A stretch of 64,000 bases of DNA. It comes from Dehalococcoidia bacterium. Its GTDB lineage: Bacteria; Chloroflexota; Dehalococcoidia; Plut-88900. Where the stretch lies: the NCBI GenBank assembly GCA_965207225.1, contig CBDBLV010000002.1, positions 236,160 through 300,159 of the forward strand, written 5' to 3'. The position numbers were made by a program, and so were the translations under genes. The notes under the pieces are model-generated. The model searched no databases and had not been told where the DNA came from. It saw only the letters and a program-made list of their open reading frames with translations. Positions 47,548-58,526 of the stretch are shown piece after piece. Position 1 is the first letter of the stretch. The number at the start of each line of letters is the position of its first letter.

Positions 47548-48737
47548 AGGCAGCCTACTTCAACTGCATAGGGGGCGTCAGCGGCGACATGGTGCTCGGC
47601 GCGCTGGTGGATGCCGGAGTCTCCATCGACTCCCTCCGAGACGAACTCTCCAAACTATCCCTCCATTGCTACGAGATCGCCTCCTCCCCCGACACACGCG
47701 CCGCCATCTCCGGCACCCGGGTCACCGTCACCACGGGAGTCGATCCTCAGCCTCGCCGCAGCCTGACCGACATTCTTTCCCTTATAGATGGGAGCGGCCT
47801 GCCGACTCCCGTGCAAAAGAACGCCAGCGATATCTTCAACCGGCTGGCACAGGCCGAGTCTCGCGTCCACGGAGTCCCCGCTGACCAGGTCCATTTCCAC
47901 GAAGTTGGCGCGGTAGATGCAATCGTGGACATAGTGGGGGCTGCTTGCGGGCTTCACCTGCTGGGTGTGGAAAGGGTCTACTGCTCCGCGATTCCCCCTG
48001 GCAGCGGAACGGTGAAGTCGGAGCATGGCAGGCTCCCAGTCCCCGCCCCCGCCACCTTAGAGCTCATGGCTCTCGCCGGCGCCCCCTTCGCCGCCGCCTC
48101 CCCCCACGCCCCTGCCACGGAGCTTTCCACACCTACGGGCGTCTCCATCATGACCACCCTTGCCGAGTTCACGCAACCGGAGCTGCGAGTCCATTCAACC
48201 GGCCACGGAATCGGACAGAAGGACATGGGAGAGTATCCCAACGTGCTCGGCCTGTGGATCGGTGAAATCCAGTCCTCCTTCGCCGTCCGACCCCTCGTTG
48301 TCATCGAGACCAACATCGACGACATGAATCCCGAAATCTACCCCTACCTGATGGACCGTCTCTTCGAGCTCGGGGCCCGGGACGCCTGGCTCAGGCCAAT
48401 CCTGATGAAAAAGGGCCGGCCCGCTCACACGCTCAGCGTTCTCGCTAACCCGGAGGACCAACAGGCGATAGTGGACAAACTCATAGAAGAGACTTCCACC
48501 CTTGGGGTCAGGGTCTCGCAGGTCATGCGCCACGAGGCCCAGCGTCGGGTCGAAGAAGTGGAAACCAGCCTCGGGCCCGTGAGGGTGAAGCTGAAGCTCC
48601 GGGACGGCAGTCCCGTCTCCCTTGCCCCCGAATACGAAGACTGCGCTGCGATTGCGTCCAGGTCGGGGCTTCCTCTGAGGGACGTTTACCGCGTTGTGAC
48701 GGAAGAGGCTTCCCGACGCCTCATTTCGCCCTCATAA
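47544..48737 (+). CDS. larC: LarC-like nickel insertion protein (DUF111 family)
   Basis: Start at MKAAYFNCIGGVSGDMVLGALVDAGV, the typical DUF111 N-terminus. Confidence 0.85.
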   Translation: MKAAYFNCIGGVSGDMVLGALVDAGVSIDSLRDELSKLSLHCYEIASSPDTRAAISGTRVTVTTGVDPQPRRSLTDILSLIDGSGLPTPVQKNASDIFNRLAQAESRVHGVPADQVHFHEVGAVDAIVDIVGAACGLHLLGVERVYCSAIPPGSGTVKSEHGRLPVPAPATLELMALAGAPFAAASPHAPATELSTPTGVSIMTTLAEFTQPELRVHSTGHGIGQKDMGEYPNVLGLWIGEIQSSFAVRPLVVIETNIDDMNPEIYPYLMDRLFELGARDAWLRPILMKKGRPAHTLSVLANPEDQQAIVDKLIEETSTLGVRVSQVMRHEAQRRVEEVETSLGPVRVKLKLRDGSPVSLAPEYEDCAAIASRSGLPLRDVYRVVTEEASRRLISPS

Positions 48738-48832
48738 AGCATCCCCGGTTCCTGGCGATAAACCCGTAAACCCTGACTCCCAGGAACCGCGCCCCGGGCA
48801 GCCAGAGAAGCGGTGCAACCGGCATGAGGGGA
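48721..48832 (-). pseudogene. 3' fragment of a DCC-family (DUF393) thiol-disulfide oxidoreductase gene displaced by IS insertion
   Basis: Encodes ..LMPVAPLLWLPGARFLGVRVYGFIARNRGCFMRAK*. Joins in frame to 50721-50967 once the IS and one GGGGA copy are removed. The stop codon lies inside the last 17 nt of larC. Confidence 0.75.
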
Positions 48833-50720
48833 CCCAAATCCACCGCCTAAAGGTAGGAATCTGATTTTCTGACCTTTCGGTTGGGCCGGTGGGGGCGTCG
48901 ATTGGCTACTGACAGGGTTAGCAGTGGTTTGGCGGGGCCGATGGTGGACGTATGAGGGTCTTGGGGTGCTGCTTTACGATGTTTTGCGTCGATTTTGAGC
49001 CGTTTGGCCTCGTAGGAGGACGCAGCGTCCCTACGACGGTTATCCACGTCGCTTGACCGATAGGCTGTGGCGCGGACCGTCTCAGATTCAGGGAGGGCCG
49101 TGAGCCAGCGCCGCTATTCTCCGGTGTGCCCCGACCAGCAGCGGGAACGATGGATGACCTCGCGCCAGTCGGATCAGCAGCTTCCTGGCATGGTAGACCA
49201 CTCGACCGGCAAGGTCGATCAGAGCGAAGCGCACCGCCTTGAGCCGCTTGGTCACCCACTCATCACCCAGCGCCAACTGCTTGACCGCCGAGTTCAGGTT
49301 GAACGCCAGCACCGTTATCGCCCACCACGCTGCGTTGGCTCCGAACTGTCCCGACGGCAGTCTCCCGCCCGCCAGGTCCTCCTTCAGCACACTATGGACC
49401 TCCTCGCCTTTCCCGCATCTCTCACGGTACCACCGCACAACCTCGTCTCCCGGAAGCTCCCGGTTCGTCACTATCCCGCTGATCTTGTACCAGCCGTGGT
49501 TCGGCATCTGCATGACCGGAACCGACAGCTCAAACTCACTCTCCATGCCCGGTAGCGGCGGTCGCCTCAGAGGTTCTCTGACGGCTATGAAACGGTAGGC
49601 GGGACCCTCCTTGTAGCGACCTAATCGACTGGACATGAAGCCCACCTCGGCCCACTCCTGCCCCGTCTCCACCTCGAACTCCCCCATCATCCGGGGCAAC
49701 TGACGCCACTCGCTCTCTTCCACCAGCGCCGCCTCATGCTTGAACTCGTCCGTGACGCGTACCCCAATCGCGAACTCGATCACTCCGAACCGTTCGTCTC
49801 TCCCCTCGGCGCAGTACTCCAGAAGATCGTTCTGGTAGCCTGCCGTGTCGGACCGCAGCATCACCCGCTCCACTCCCTCGGGTACGCACTCCAACGCGTC
49901 TCGCAACACTCGTAGCTGCTCAAATCCCGCAGGAACGTTGCCGTCTCTGAACTCCGAGTGGACGACCAGGTCCGCCTCGGCCCAGTATGTCGTTAGCGGC
50001 TGATAGGCTTTGAATCCCTTGTAGCAGTAGAGCGCCTCCTGCTTGTGAGTCTCGACCAGCGTCGCGTCCATATCCAGTGTCGCCTGCCTATGCCCGACGT
50101 GGCCCTGGACAAAGCCCACCATCTCGGCGTTGACCTTCCCAAGTCCGTCCAGCGCGTCGTTGGCCTGGGGTATGAACGCCGTATGAGGCTGCCTCGCCTC
50201 CTCCTGGGATGCGTCGTGGAACTGGCTCAGATACCGGAACACCGCCGATGGAGACGGCACATAGCGGTGTCGGTCACGCCGCCACCGGTTGCGCACCGCC
50301 CTGCGCTCCGAAGCTCGCTGCCGGTGGGTCTCCACCCTTCCCAACATCCGGCCAAGGCCCTCGTCCGCCTCCAGCACGCGAAGGTCGTCCACCCCTTCGC
50401 CGCCCGCCAGGTTCAACAGCGTCAGTGAGGTGACCATCTGACGGTCCGTCCAACCCTGGCCTCCCTCTCTGACCCTCACGTGGCGTCTGATCGACTCGCC
50501 AAGGCCGATTGCCTCGGCCATCTCCAGGTAGACTGCCAACCCCGATAGCGCCGTCATGCCCCCGATGCGGTTCTCTGCCCTGTACTGGAACGGTAGGACT
50601 CCATGTTGCATAATAACTGCACCTCGTTGGTGATGGTTTGGGATTGTCACTTACCATCTTAGTCAGCTTTGCAGCCGACTCCAACGAGGTATTCTCATTC
50701 AATTAGGCGGTGGATTTGGG
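48833..50720 (-). mobile_element. IS1380-family insertion sequence (1888 bp)
   Basis: Perfect 18-bp terminal inverted repeats: CCCAAATCCACCGCCTAA (48833-48850) and TTAGGCGGTGGATTTGGG (50703-50720). 5-bp direct repeat GGGGA at 48828-48832 and 50721-50725. One transposase ORF. Confidence 0.88.
49088..50650 (-). CDS. IS1380-family DDE transposase
   Basis: 520 aa. Family assigned from overall resemblance (..LRSDTAGYQNDLLEYCAEG.., C-terminal arginine-rich region). Enclosed by the IRs and TSD. Confidence 0.85.
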   Translation of the reverse strand: MTIPNHHQRGAVIMQHGVLPFQYRAENRIGGMTALSGLAVYLEMAEAIGLGESIRRHVRVREGGQGWTDRQMVTSLTLLNLAGGEGVDDLRVLEADEGLGRMLGRVETHRQRASERRAVRNRWRRDRHRYVPSPSAVFRYLSQFHDASQEEARQPHTAFIPQANDALDGLGKVNAEMVGFVQGHVGHRQATLDMDATLVETHKQEALYCYKGFKAYQPLTTYWAEADLVVHSEFRDGNVPAGFEQLRVLRDALECVPEGVERVMLRSDTAGYQNDLLEYCAEGRDERFGVIEFAIGVRVTDEFKHEAALVEESEWRQLPRMMGEFEVETGQEWAEVGFMSSRLGRYKEGPAYRFIAVREPLRRPPLPGMESEFELSVPVMQMPNHGWYKISGIVTNRELPGDEVVRWYRERCGKGEEVHSVLKEDLAGGRLPSGQFGANAAWWAITVLAFNLNSAVKQLALGDEWVTKRLKAVRFALIDLAGRVVYHARKLLIRLARGHPSFPLLVGAHRRIAALAHGPP

Positions 50721-50967
50721 GGGGAGGCAGCAGCAACGACAACCGCCTCACCGCAAAGAAACCACCGTGCAATCGACCCTCCTCTTCCTGCAGGTACATC
50801 GCCGCGTCAAGGTCCCGAGGTGTAAGTCCGTCGGGCAGAGCTTCCAGCTCTTGCCACGGTACCCATTGCACCCGACCCAGCCAGTCCGCCCTGGACATCC
50901 ACTTCACCGCTCCCCTGCACAAAGGGCAGTTGCCGTCGTACAGCACCGTGGCCCGAGGCCCAGTCAT
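50721..50967 (-). pseudogene. 5' fragment of the DCC-family thiol-disulfide oxidoreductase gene interrupted by the IS
   Basis: MTGPRATVLYDGNCPLCRGAVKW... (YDGxCxLC motif). The reading frame runs into the IS inverted repeat and ends at 50695. Confidence 0.8.
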
Positions 50968-50996
50968 ATTTCCTTTGCCCAAGACACCCCCCAGCC

Positions 50997-51026
50997 TTGA
51001 CTTTTCGTACGGCAATTTCCTATACT
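50997..51026 (+). promoter_or_regulatory. candidate promoter of the tRNA-tuf cluster
   Basis: TTGACT, 18-nt spacer, TATACT, about 150 nt upstream of the first tRNA. Confidence 0.45.
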
Positions 51027-51176
51027 GAATCCACGACTTTAGGGATTCTCTTATCGTACCTTCTGCGGGCCCCTCGTAGGAGGTACTTTCGAGTCTGGGA
51101 CATTGTATATCGGGCGCTCTGTCCTTAAAGGAGCGCCCAGGTAAATGGAGCAGGGAGGCAAGACCCGTATCCTTCT

Positions 51177-51252
51177 GCCCGAGTGGCGCAATGGCAGCGC
51201 AGCCGATTTGTAATCGGCAGGTTGGCGGGTTCGAATCCCCTCTCGGGCTCCA
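51177..51252 (+). tRNA. tRNA-Thr (anticodon TGT), CCA encoded
   Basis: Hand-folded cloverleaf. Acceptor GCCCGAG/CTCGGGC, D stem GCGC/GCGC, anticodon stem GCCGA/TCGGC, loop TTTGTAA. The T stem GCGGG/CCCCT has one C-C mismatch and one G-U pair. Confidence 0.8.
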
Positions 51253-51320
51253 GCTAACCAACCCGGTGCTCGGAATCAATCATTCATTAATTTATCACCA
51301 CACAGTTCGAAGGGACTTTT

Positions 51321-51406
51321 GGAGGGGTGGGTGAGTGGTTAAAACCGGCGGTCTGTAAAATCGCTGCCGAAAGGCTACGCAGGTTCGAATCCTGCCCCCT
51401 CCACCA
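51321..51406 (+). tRNA. tRNA-Tyr (anticodon GTA), long variable arm, CCA encoded
   Basis: Acceptor GGAGGGG/CCCCTCC, anticodon loop CTGTAAA, T arm GCAGG-TTCGAAT-CCTGC. Confidence 0.92.
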
Positions 51407-51447
51407 TCAAAACAGCCTATAATATCGTGAAAGGAACAATTCAGTAG

Positions 51448-51522
51448 GCCCACATAGCTCAGTGGCAGAGCACGTTCTTGGTAAGAACGGGGTCACCGGT
51501 TCAAATCCGGTTGTGGGCTCCA
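51448..51522 (+). tRNA. tRNA-Thr (anticodon GGT), CCA encoded
   Basis: Acceptor GCCCACA/TGTGGGC, D arm GCTC-AGTGGCA-GAGC, anticodon arm CGTTC-TTGGTAA-GAACG, T arm ACCGG-TTCAAAT-CCGGT. Confidence 0.93.
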
Positions 51523-51541
51523 TTACAGGAGAGTCGAAAGC

Positions 51542-52741
<1,200 letters not shown>

Positions 52742-52779
52742 GGGTCTTTACCAGTCCGGTAGCATCTGTGGATTGAGTT

Positions 52780-52947
52780 ATGGCTAAAGGAAAAGACGTA
52801 AGAGTAGTGATACACCTCGCCTGCACCGAGTGCCGGGAGAGGACATACACCAGCAGCAAGAACCGGAGGAACGACTCGGGGCGGCTGGAGTTTTCCAAGT
52901 ATTGCCCCCGATGCCGGGGGCACAAGCTTCACCGCGAGACCCGCTAG
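52780..52947 (+). CDS. rpmG: 50S ribosomal protein L33 (below the ORF-track length cutoff)
   Basis: Hand translation gives 55 aa: [55 protein letters not shown]. Four-Cys zinc form. Conserved position between tuf and secE. Confidence 0.9.
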   Translation: MAKGKDVRVVIHLACTECRERTYTSSKNRRNDSGRLEFSKYCPRCRGHKLHRETR

Positions 52948-52983
52948 AGACCGGCCAGTCAGAGTGACCGCCAAGAACATCAC

Positions 52984-53217
52984 ATGAGACGATTTACCCT
53001 TCCAGCCAGGGCCCGAATGCCCTCTTCGGGGCCGACCCTCGGGCGCTTCCGCTTCTTCGCAGAAGCCATCGCCGAGCTACGCAAGGTCAACTGGCCTACC
53101 AAGGAAGAGACCAAGCGCCTCACCACAATGGTGGTCATCATATCCGTGATCATGGGAGCGTTCCTCGGCCTCGTCGATGAAGCGTTCTCTCTGTTCATGG
53201 ATCTCCTCCTGTTCTAA
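52984..53217 (+). CDS. secE: preprotein translocase subunit SecE
   Basis: 77 aa. AELRKVNWPTKEETKRLT followed by a single TM segment. Start may be the internal Met at 53017. Confidence 0.85.
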   Translation: MRRFTLPARARMPSSGPTLGRFRFFAEAIAELRKVNWPTKEETKRLTTMVVIISVIMGAFLGLVDEAFSLFMDLLLF

Positions 53218-53267
53218 CCCGCAATTCTCACCCGAAATCCTGAAGGACAGCACCAAAGCAAAGGGCA

Positions 53268-53825
53268 ATGACCTCCCAACCGAAAACTGCAAAACTGGAG
53301 CACCGCTGGTACGTCGTCCACACCTACGCGGGATACGAGGACCGCGTCAAGAACAACCTTGAACACCGCATCGATTCCATGGATGCCAGCGCCGAAATCT
53401 TCGAGGTCCTCGTCCCCACCGAAGAGGAGCTGGACATACGAGAAGGTCAGCGCCGTACCGTGTCCAGGAAGGTCTTTCCCGGATACATCCTGGTGAACAT
53501 GGCCCTCACCGACAATAGCTGGTACGTCGTGCGGAACACCCCCGGCGTAACCGGTTTCGTCACGTCGGGAGACCCCCCCCGACCCGTCCCCCTGGAAGAC
53601 GACGAGGTCAAGGCCATTGTCGTACAGATGGAAGCCGAGGCCCCGCGGGTCAAGGTCGGGCTGGACAAGGGCGAGAAGATTCGCATAATTGACGGCCCCT
53701 TCTCCGACTTCATCGGCACCGTCGACGAACTCTACCCCGACAAGGGCAAGATCCGTGTCCTGGTTTCCTTCTTCGGCAGGGACACCGGCGTCGAACTGGA
53801 CTACCTTCAGGTGGAGAAACTGTAA
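53268..53825 (+). CDS. nusG: transcription termination/antitermination factor NusG
   Basis: 185 aa. NGN domain (WYVVHTYAGYEDRVKNNL) and KOW motif (GEKIRIIDGPFSDFIGTV). Confidence 0.95.
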   Translation: MTSQPKTAKLEHRWYVVHTYAGYEDRVKNNLEHRIDSMDASAEIFEVLVPTEEELDIREGQRRTVSRKVFPGYILVNMALTDNSWYVVRNTPGVTGFVTSGDPPRPVPLEDDEVKAIVVQMEAEAPRVKVGLDKGEKIRIIDGPFSDFIGTVDELYPDKGKIRVLVSFFGRDTGVELDYLQVEKL

Positions 53826-53851
53826 CCCGCTCCCGAATCCGGACATAGAAA

Positions 53852-54274
53852 ATGCCAAAGAGAATCAAAGCCGTACTGAAACTCCAGATCGAAGCTGGCA
53901 AGGCAACCCCTGCGCCGCCCATAGGCCCTGCCCTCGGGCAGCACGGCGTCAACATCATGGGGTTCTGCAAGGAGTACAACGCCCGGACCTCTGCGCAGGC
54001 AGGCACCATAGTCCCGGTGGAGCTAACTGTCTACCAGGACTCGTCCTTCTCCTTCGTTACCAAGACACCGCCCGCGGCGGTTTTGATCAAGAATGCCGCG
54101 GGGGTGGATAAGGGCAGCAGCCTGCCAGGGCAGGAAGTGATGGGCAGCGTGCCCCGGGACAAGATACGGGAGATTGCCGAGACCAAGATGAAGGACCTGA
54201 ACGCCAACGACATCGAAGGCGCAATGCGTATTATCGAAGGCACGGCACGCAACATGGGCATCGAGGTGGTCTAA
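53852..54274 (+). CDS. rplK: 50S ribosomal protein L11
   Basis: 140 aa. [29 protein letters not shown]. Confidence 0.97.
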   Translation: MPKRIKAVLKLQIEAGKATPAPPIGPALGQHGVNIMGFCKEYNARTSAQAGTIVPVELTVYQDSSFSFVTKTPPAAVLIKNAAGVDKGSSLPGQEVMGSVPRDKIREIAETKMKDLNANDIEGAMRIIEGTARNMGIEVV

Positions 54275-54309
54275 CCTCCAGGCCCAGGCTCTAAGAAAGA
54301 ACACACGAA

Positions 54310-55026
54310 ATGGCTAAGAGAGGAAAGAAATACCAGGAAGCCGCCTCCCTGGTTGACAGGAGCAAGGCCTATTCCCCCGAGGAAGCTATCGACCTAGCCA
54401 AGCAGACTGCCAAGGCGAACTACGACGAGACTGTGGAGATCCACATGCGCATGGGTCTCGACCCCCGTCATGCCGACCAGCAGGTGCGCGGCCTCGCCAT
54501 GCTCCCAAACGGCACCGGCAAGCAGGTCCGGGTCCTGGTATTCGCCCAGGGCGAGGCTGCAACCACCGCGGAGCAGAACGGCGCAGATTACGTCGGGGCG
54601 GACGATATCATCAAGCAGATCGAGGGCGGCTGGGTGGAATTCGACACCGCAATCGCCACCCCCGACATGATGAGCAAGATCGGAAAGCTTGGCCGCATTC
54701 TCGGACGACGAGGGCTCATGCCCAACCCACGCTCCGGCACCGTTGTCCAGCAGCCCGACCTCGCCAAGGCAATATCCGACTCCCGCAAGGGCAAAATCGA
54801 GTACCGCCTGGACCGCACGGCTGTGATCCACGCGCCCCTGGGCAAAGCCAGCTTCGAAAAGGAGCACCTGTTGGAGAACTTGACTACCTTTGTAGACTCC
54901 GTGGTGCGGGCCAAGCCCTCAGGGGCCAAGGGCCAGTACATCAAGAAGATATCAATGTCCACCACCCACGGGCCCGGAATCAACATGGACGTCCAGGCCG
55001 CAATGACCATGAGCGCCAACGACTAG
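54310..55026 (+). CDS. rplA: 50S ribosomal protein L1
   Basis: 238 aa. Typical L1 sequence (..[18 protein letters not shown]..). Confidence 0.97.
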   Translation: MAKRGKKYQEAASLVDRSKAYSPEEAIDLAKQTAKANYDETVEIHMRMGLDPRHADQQVRGLAMLPNGTGKQVRVLVFAQGEAATTAEQNGADYVGADDIIKQIEGGWVEFDTAIATPDMMSKIGKLGRILGRRGLMPNPRSGTVVQQPDLAKAISDSRKGKIEYRLDRTAVIHAPLGKASFEKEHLLENLTTFVDSVVRAKPSGAKGQYIKKISMSTTHGPGINMDVQAAMTMSAND

Positions 55027-55231
55027 CCACACCGGAGAGAAAAGACCCTCAGAAACCAGGACAACCAAACACTGCGCCGGAGACGGCGGGCGGCTCCCCG
55101 GAGCCTTAATCCATCAGCCTGCCCAGGTGGTTCCCTGAGTCCTTCCTTACTGGACTTGGCAATATCCCCTGGGCCCGCGTCCCGGGGGTTTCGCTTTTGT
55201 CCCCTCAAATTGAGTTCAAGGCGGTAAATGT
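55027..55231 (+). promoter_or_regulatory. probable ribosomal protein L10 leader (autoregulatory 5' UTR of rplJL)
   Basis: A 205-nt structured gap before rplJ, with a GC-rich hairpin followed by TTTCGCTTTTG near 55170-55200. The position is the conserved one for the L10 leader. The motif itself was not verified. Confidence 0.4.
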
Positions 55232-55765
55232 ATGGCCACAGAGAAGAAAGAGCAGCAGGTAGAAGAGATAGCAGAACGGTTAGGCCGATGCACCATTGCC
55301 ATCGCCACCGACTACCGGGGCCTCGCCATGCCCGAGATGACGGCCCTGCGCCGGAAACTGCGGGAAGCAGGAATCGAGTATCGGGTAGTGAAGAACAGCC
55401 TGGCAAGCATCGCCGCCGAGCAGACCGGCGCCCCGTCCCTCGTCCAATTCCTTGAAGGCCCTACTGCCATAGCCTTCGGGTACGGCGAGGCCACGGACCC
55501 GGCCAAGGTGCTTACCGACCACATACGGCAGGAGCGCAGCATCCTCACCGTTAAGGGCGGCGTGATGGGAGACAGGGCCCTCGCCACCGCCGATGTCACC
55601 GTCCTCGCTACCCTCCCGTCGAGGCAGGAGCTTATTGCTAAGACCGCAGGCGCCCTCGTCGGTCCCATTTACGCTCTCCAGTCCGTTTTAAGCGCAAACT
55701 TAAGAGGACTCGTTACTGCCCTGAGCGCCCGAGTCGACCAGATGCAGGAAGAACCAGCAAGCTAA
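55232..55765 (+). CDS. rplJ: 50S ribosomal protein L10
   Basis: 177 aa. Typical L10 N-terminal domain. Precedes rplL. Confidence 0.95.
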   Translation: MATEKKEQQVEEIAERLGRCTIAIATDYRGLAMPEMTALRRKLREAGIEYRVVKNSLASIAAEQTGAPSLVQFLEGPTAIAFGYGEATDPAKVLTDHIRQERSILTVKGGVMGDRALATADVTVLATLPSRQELIAKTAGALVGPIYALQSVLSANLRGLVTALSARVDQMQEEPAS

Positions 55766-55786
55766 TTCGCCAGAAGGAGATATGAC

Positions 55787-56170
55787 ATGGCGACCAAAGA
55801 AGAAGTCCTAGAATCAATCAAAGCCATGACCGTCCTCGAGCTTTCCGAGCTCGTCAAGGCCATCGAGGATGAGTTCGGCGTGAGCGCCGCTGCACCCGTT
55901 GCCGTCGCCGCCGCAGGCGCCGCGCCCGCAGCCGCCGATGCCCCCGCCGAAGAGGAGAAGACCGAGTTCGACGTCGTCCTCAAAGAGATCGGCCCCAACA
56001 AGATCAACGTGATCAAGGCCGTCCGTGAGGTCACCACCCTCGGCCTTCGCGAAGCCAAGGAGCTCGTCGAAAGCGCTCCCAAGGCCGTCCGCGAAGCCGT
56101 AGGCAAGGAAGAGGCCGAGACCATCAAGAAGACCCTCGAAGGCGCCGGCGCCACCGTCGACCTGGCCTAG
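55787..56170 (+). CDS. rplL: 50S ribosomal protein L7/L12
   Basis: 127 aa. Ala-rich hinge and C-terminal domain ([24 protein letters not shown]). Confidence 0.97.
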   Translation: MATKEEVLESIKAMTVLELSELVKAIEDEFGVSAAAPVAVAAAGAAPAAADAPAEEEKTEFDVVLKEIGPNKINVIKAVREVTTLGLREAKELVESAPKAVREAVGKEEAETIKKTLEGAGATVDLA

Positions 56171-57003
56171 GGAATCAACCTGAAGTCCGACTCCGCACCG
56201 CGGAATATCTCCGCCAAGTCGCCTTCTCCCGAGGCCACGAACAGCCGGTCATCGATCGAAACGGAGACGTCGCGGAACAGGGTTTCCAGCGAGGCAAAGC
56301 CCTCCAGTACGGGCTTTGCCTCGGTAGCCGCCTCCGGTGATTCGTGATAGGACACCAAGTCGAAGCTCCCGATTGAACCCCCGCTCCCGGATGCCGAGAA
56401 GCCCAGCGCCTGGCATCCGGGGGCTATCATTTCGCACCGTGCGGTGAACGATAAGTATGCGTCCCCGCTCATCCCGTCCAGCACCGCCCGGGCTGCTTCC
56501 GAACGGTCGAGGGTTATGCCCTCTTCCAGCTGTCCTATTACCGCCTCGATTGTCCTGAAGTCGTAGCCCAGGGCCATCCGCCCGGGGCCCAGCAGCGCCA
56601 CATTCCCCGCATCTCCGCTCCAGACCTCCGCGTCCGCTATGTTACGCACGGCGTGGCCGCTCCGTTCAAGTCGCTCGGCCACCTCCTCAATATCAAAGCT
56701 CCCCTCCACCATTAACACCCGACGCCCGTTCACGACAAAGCTCACCGCACTCCGCACCTCCGAGCTCCCGATCCCCGCGTTCCCCAGGCTCCGGTTCAGC
56801 GCCCCCAGCACCTCACCCGCCTCCCCAATGAGCCCCGGGTCCCCGCGAATTACCTCCAGGTCCACCATCGTCGCGTCAGTGGCAATTTCCGGGACGTCAC
56901 CTCCAATCGTCAACTTCTCGCCTCCCCCGGCCCCCCCACACCCCACCGCCGCGGTCAAGCTCAGGAGCAGGGTTAACACAATAACTGCCAAACTTCTCTT
57001 CAT
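56167..57003 (-). CDS. hypothetical lipoprotein
   Basis: 278 aa. Signal peptide with lipobox-like AAVGC. No family recognised. Its stop codon overlaps the rplL stop codon. Confidence 0.55.
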   Translation of the reverse strand: MKRSLAVIVLTLLLSLTAAVGCGGAGGGEKLTIGGDVPEIATDATMVDLEVIRGDPGLIGEAGEVLGALNRSLGNAGIGSSEVRSAVSFVVNGRRVLMVEGSFDIEEVAERLERSGHAVRNIADAEVWSGDAGNVALLGPGRMALGYDFRTIEAVIGQLEEGITLDRSEAARAVLDGMSGDAYLSFTARCEMIAPGCQALGFSASGSGGSIGSFDLVSYHESPEAATEAKPVLEGFASLETLFRDVSVSIDDRLFVASGEGDLAEIFRGAESDFRLIP

Positions 57004-57055
57004 GTGTACTGAATCTCTGTGTTCGATGTATCCCTTAGTGTCTTGACCGAAATCC

Positions 57056-58324
57056 CTATTCCCCGCGGCGCCCTATCCTATCAGCCTCGGTCAACTCGGA
57101 AGCCGTTCTCCTGTAAGTCCCCAGGAGCAGAGCGGTAGCCACCAGCATCAGCGGGGCGAATGAGCTGATGAATAGTCCAAACCTCAAATCGCTGGTTGCC
57201 TCTTCCACAAACCCCACCAGGATCGGCCCCACTGCTCCTCCCCCCCACAATGCCGCGAACACCGTAGCCGATGCCACGGCAACCTCTCTCTGCGTAATCC
57301 CCGGCAGGTTGAATATCTGCGTCATTAGAATCGGGAAGAAGCTGAACATGACGCCGCCCACAATCCAGAGCAGTACCAGCAGAGGGAACGAGTCCGTAGC
57401 GATCAACCCTATGTAGGTCAGGGCCTGTCCCACCCCGCACGTTAGCAGCACCAGGGTGGTGTGTCTTCCGAAAAAGGGGAAAGCCACCACCCCGAGCTCC
57501 GCCGGCGCCATGGCAAAGGTCCCGATCCCCATGAGTATCCCCGCCGTACGGATGTCTATGCCGTACTCCTCCCCCACGAACCGGGGCCAGAAGCTGTTGA
57601 ACGCCAGCCGCGCCAGCAGCATCCCGAACATGCCCAGGCAGATGAACCACACCTCCCGGTACTTCAGGATGCTGCGAATCGGGGAGCCGTTTGCGCCCTC
57701 CTCGCCGCTTCCCGGGGCCTCGGGCCTTCCCCGGTCTTTCCCCATTGCCATCCACAGCATGGCCGCCGTCATCACTACCCCGGCCCACACGAACATCGTC
57801 TCCCGCCACCCCCCGAGCCACCCCAGCATGTAGGGTATCAGCACGGTCCCGATACCCATCAAAATGTCTACAATCGAGATCGAGAAACCGTTTGCAAGCC
57901 CATACCGCCTTCTGGGTATCCACTGGAGAATCAGGATGTTTCGGGGCGATTGACACGCCTGGAGCACGATTCCCAGCCCTATCCTCGCAAATATCAGCAC
58001 CCCGAAACCCGGCGCCCCTCCCGCCAGTGCAATCAGCCCCGAGGCCACCACGAATCCCACTGCCGCCGTCCTCCAGGGCCTGAAACGGGACACCCACCAG
58101 TTCATCGGGATGGAGAAAACTACGTTGGCCAGCAACAGCGATGACCCCAGCCACCCCTGCTCCGACGGCGATAGCTCAAGATCGTCTATGATGTCGGGGA
58201 GGAAAAGGCCCAGAGAGGTGGTAGCCACCAGGACCGTGGCCAGCCCGATGGTGAAATAGACGAGGACGCTCCATCCACCCTCCCGCGCCTCCATCTGCTC
58301 CCGTGCCGCGACCTGGGTGGTCAT
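57056..58324 (-). CDS. MFS transporter
   Basis: 422 aa. About 12 hydrophobic segments in two 6-TM halves. Confidence 0.8.
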   Translation of the reverse strand: MTTQVAAREQMEAREGGWSVLVYFTIGLATVLVATTSLGLFLPDIIDDLELSPSEQGWLGSSLLLANVVFSIPMNWWVSRFRPWRTAAVGFVVASGLIALAGGAPGFGVLIFARIGLGIVLQACQSPRNILILQWIPRRRYGLANGFSISIVDILMGIGTVLIPYMLGWLGGWRETMFVWAGVVMTAAMLWMAMGKDRGRPEAPGSGEEGANGSPIRSILKYREVWFICLGMFGMLLARLAFNSFWPRFVGEEYGIDIRTAGILMGIGTFAMAPAELGVVAFPFFGRHTTLVLLTCGVGQALTYIGLIATDSFPLLVLLWIVGGVMFSFFPILMTQIFNLPGITQREVAVASATVFAALWGGGAVGPILVGFVEEATSDLRFGLFISSFAPLMLVATALLLGTYRRTASELTEADRIGRRGE

Positions 58325-58526
58325 GCCATACCGGGGCTGCCTGAAGCCGGGCGCCCGATCTCGCCGCGTTTCTCGCCGTTGGAGTGTCGACCTTGAACGG
58401 GCCTCGACGGGCTGTTCATCACGCTAATTTAACACAGAGCCGGTCTTGAGTTCTGTCGACTCCCTTAAACACCCCTGCTAAAATTGCACGACTTATCCGA
58501 AAATCAGCGTAAAGGGGCCTGAGCCG

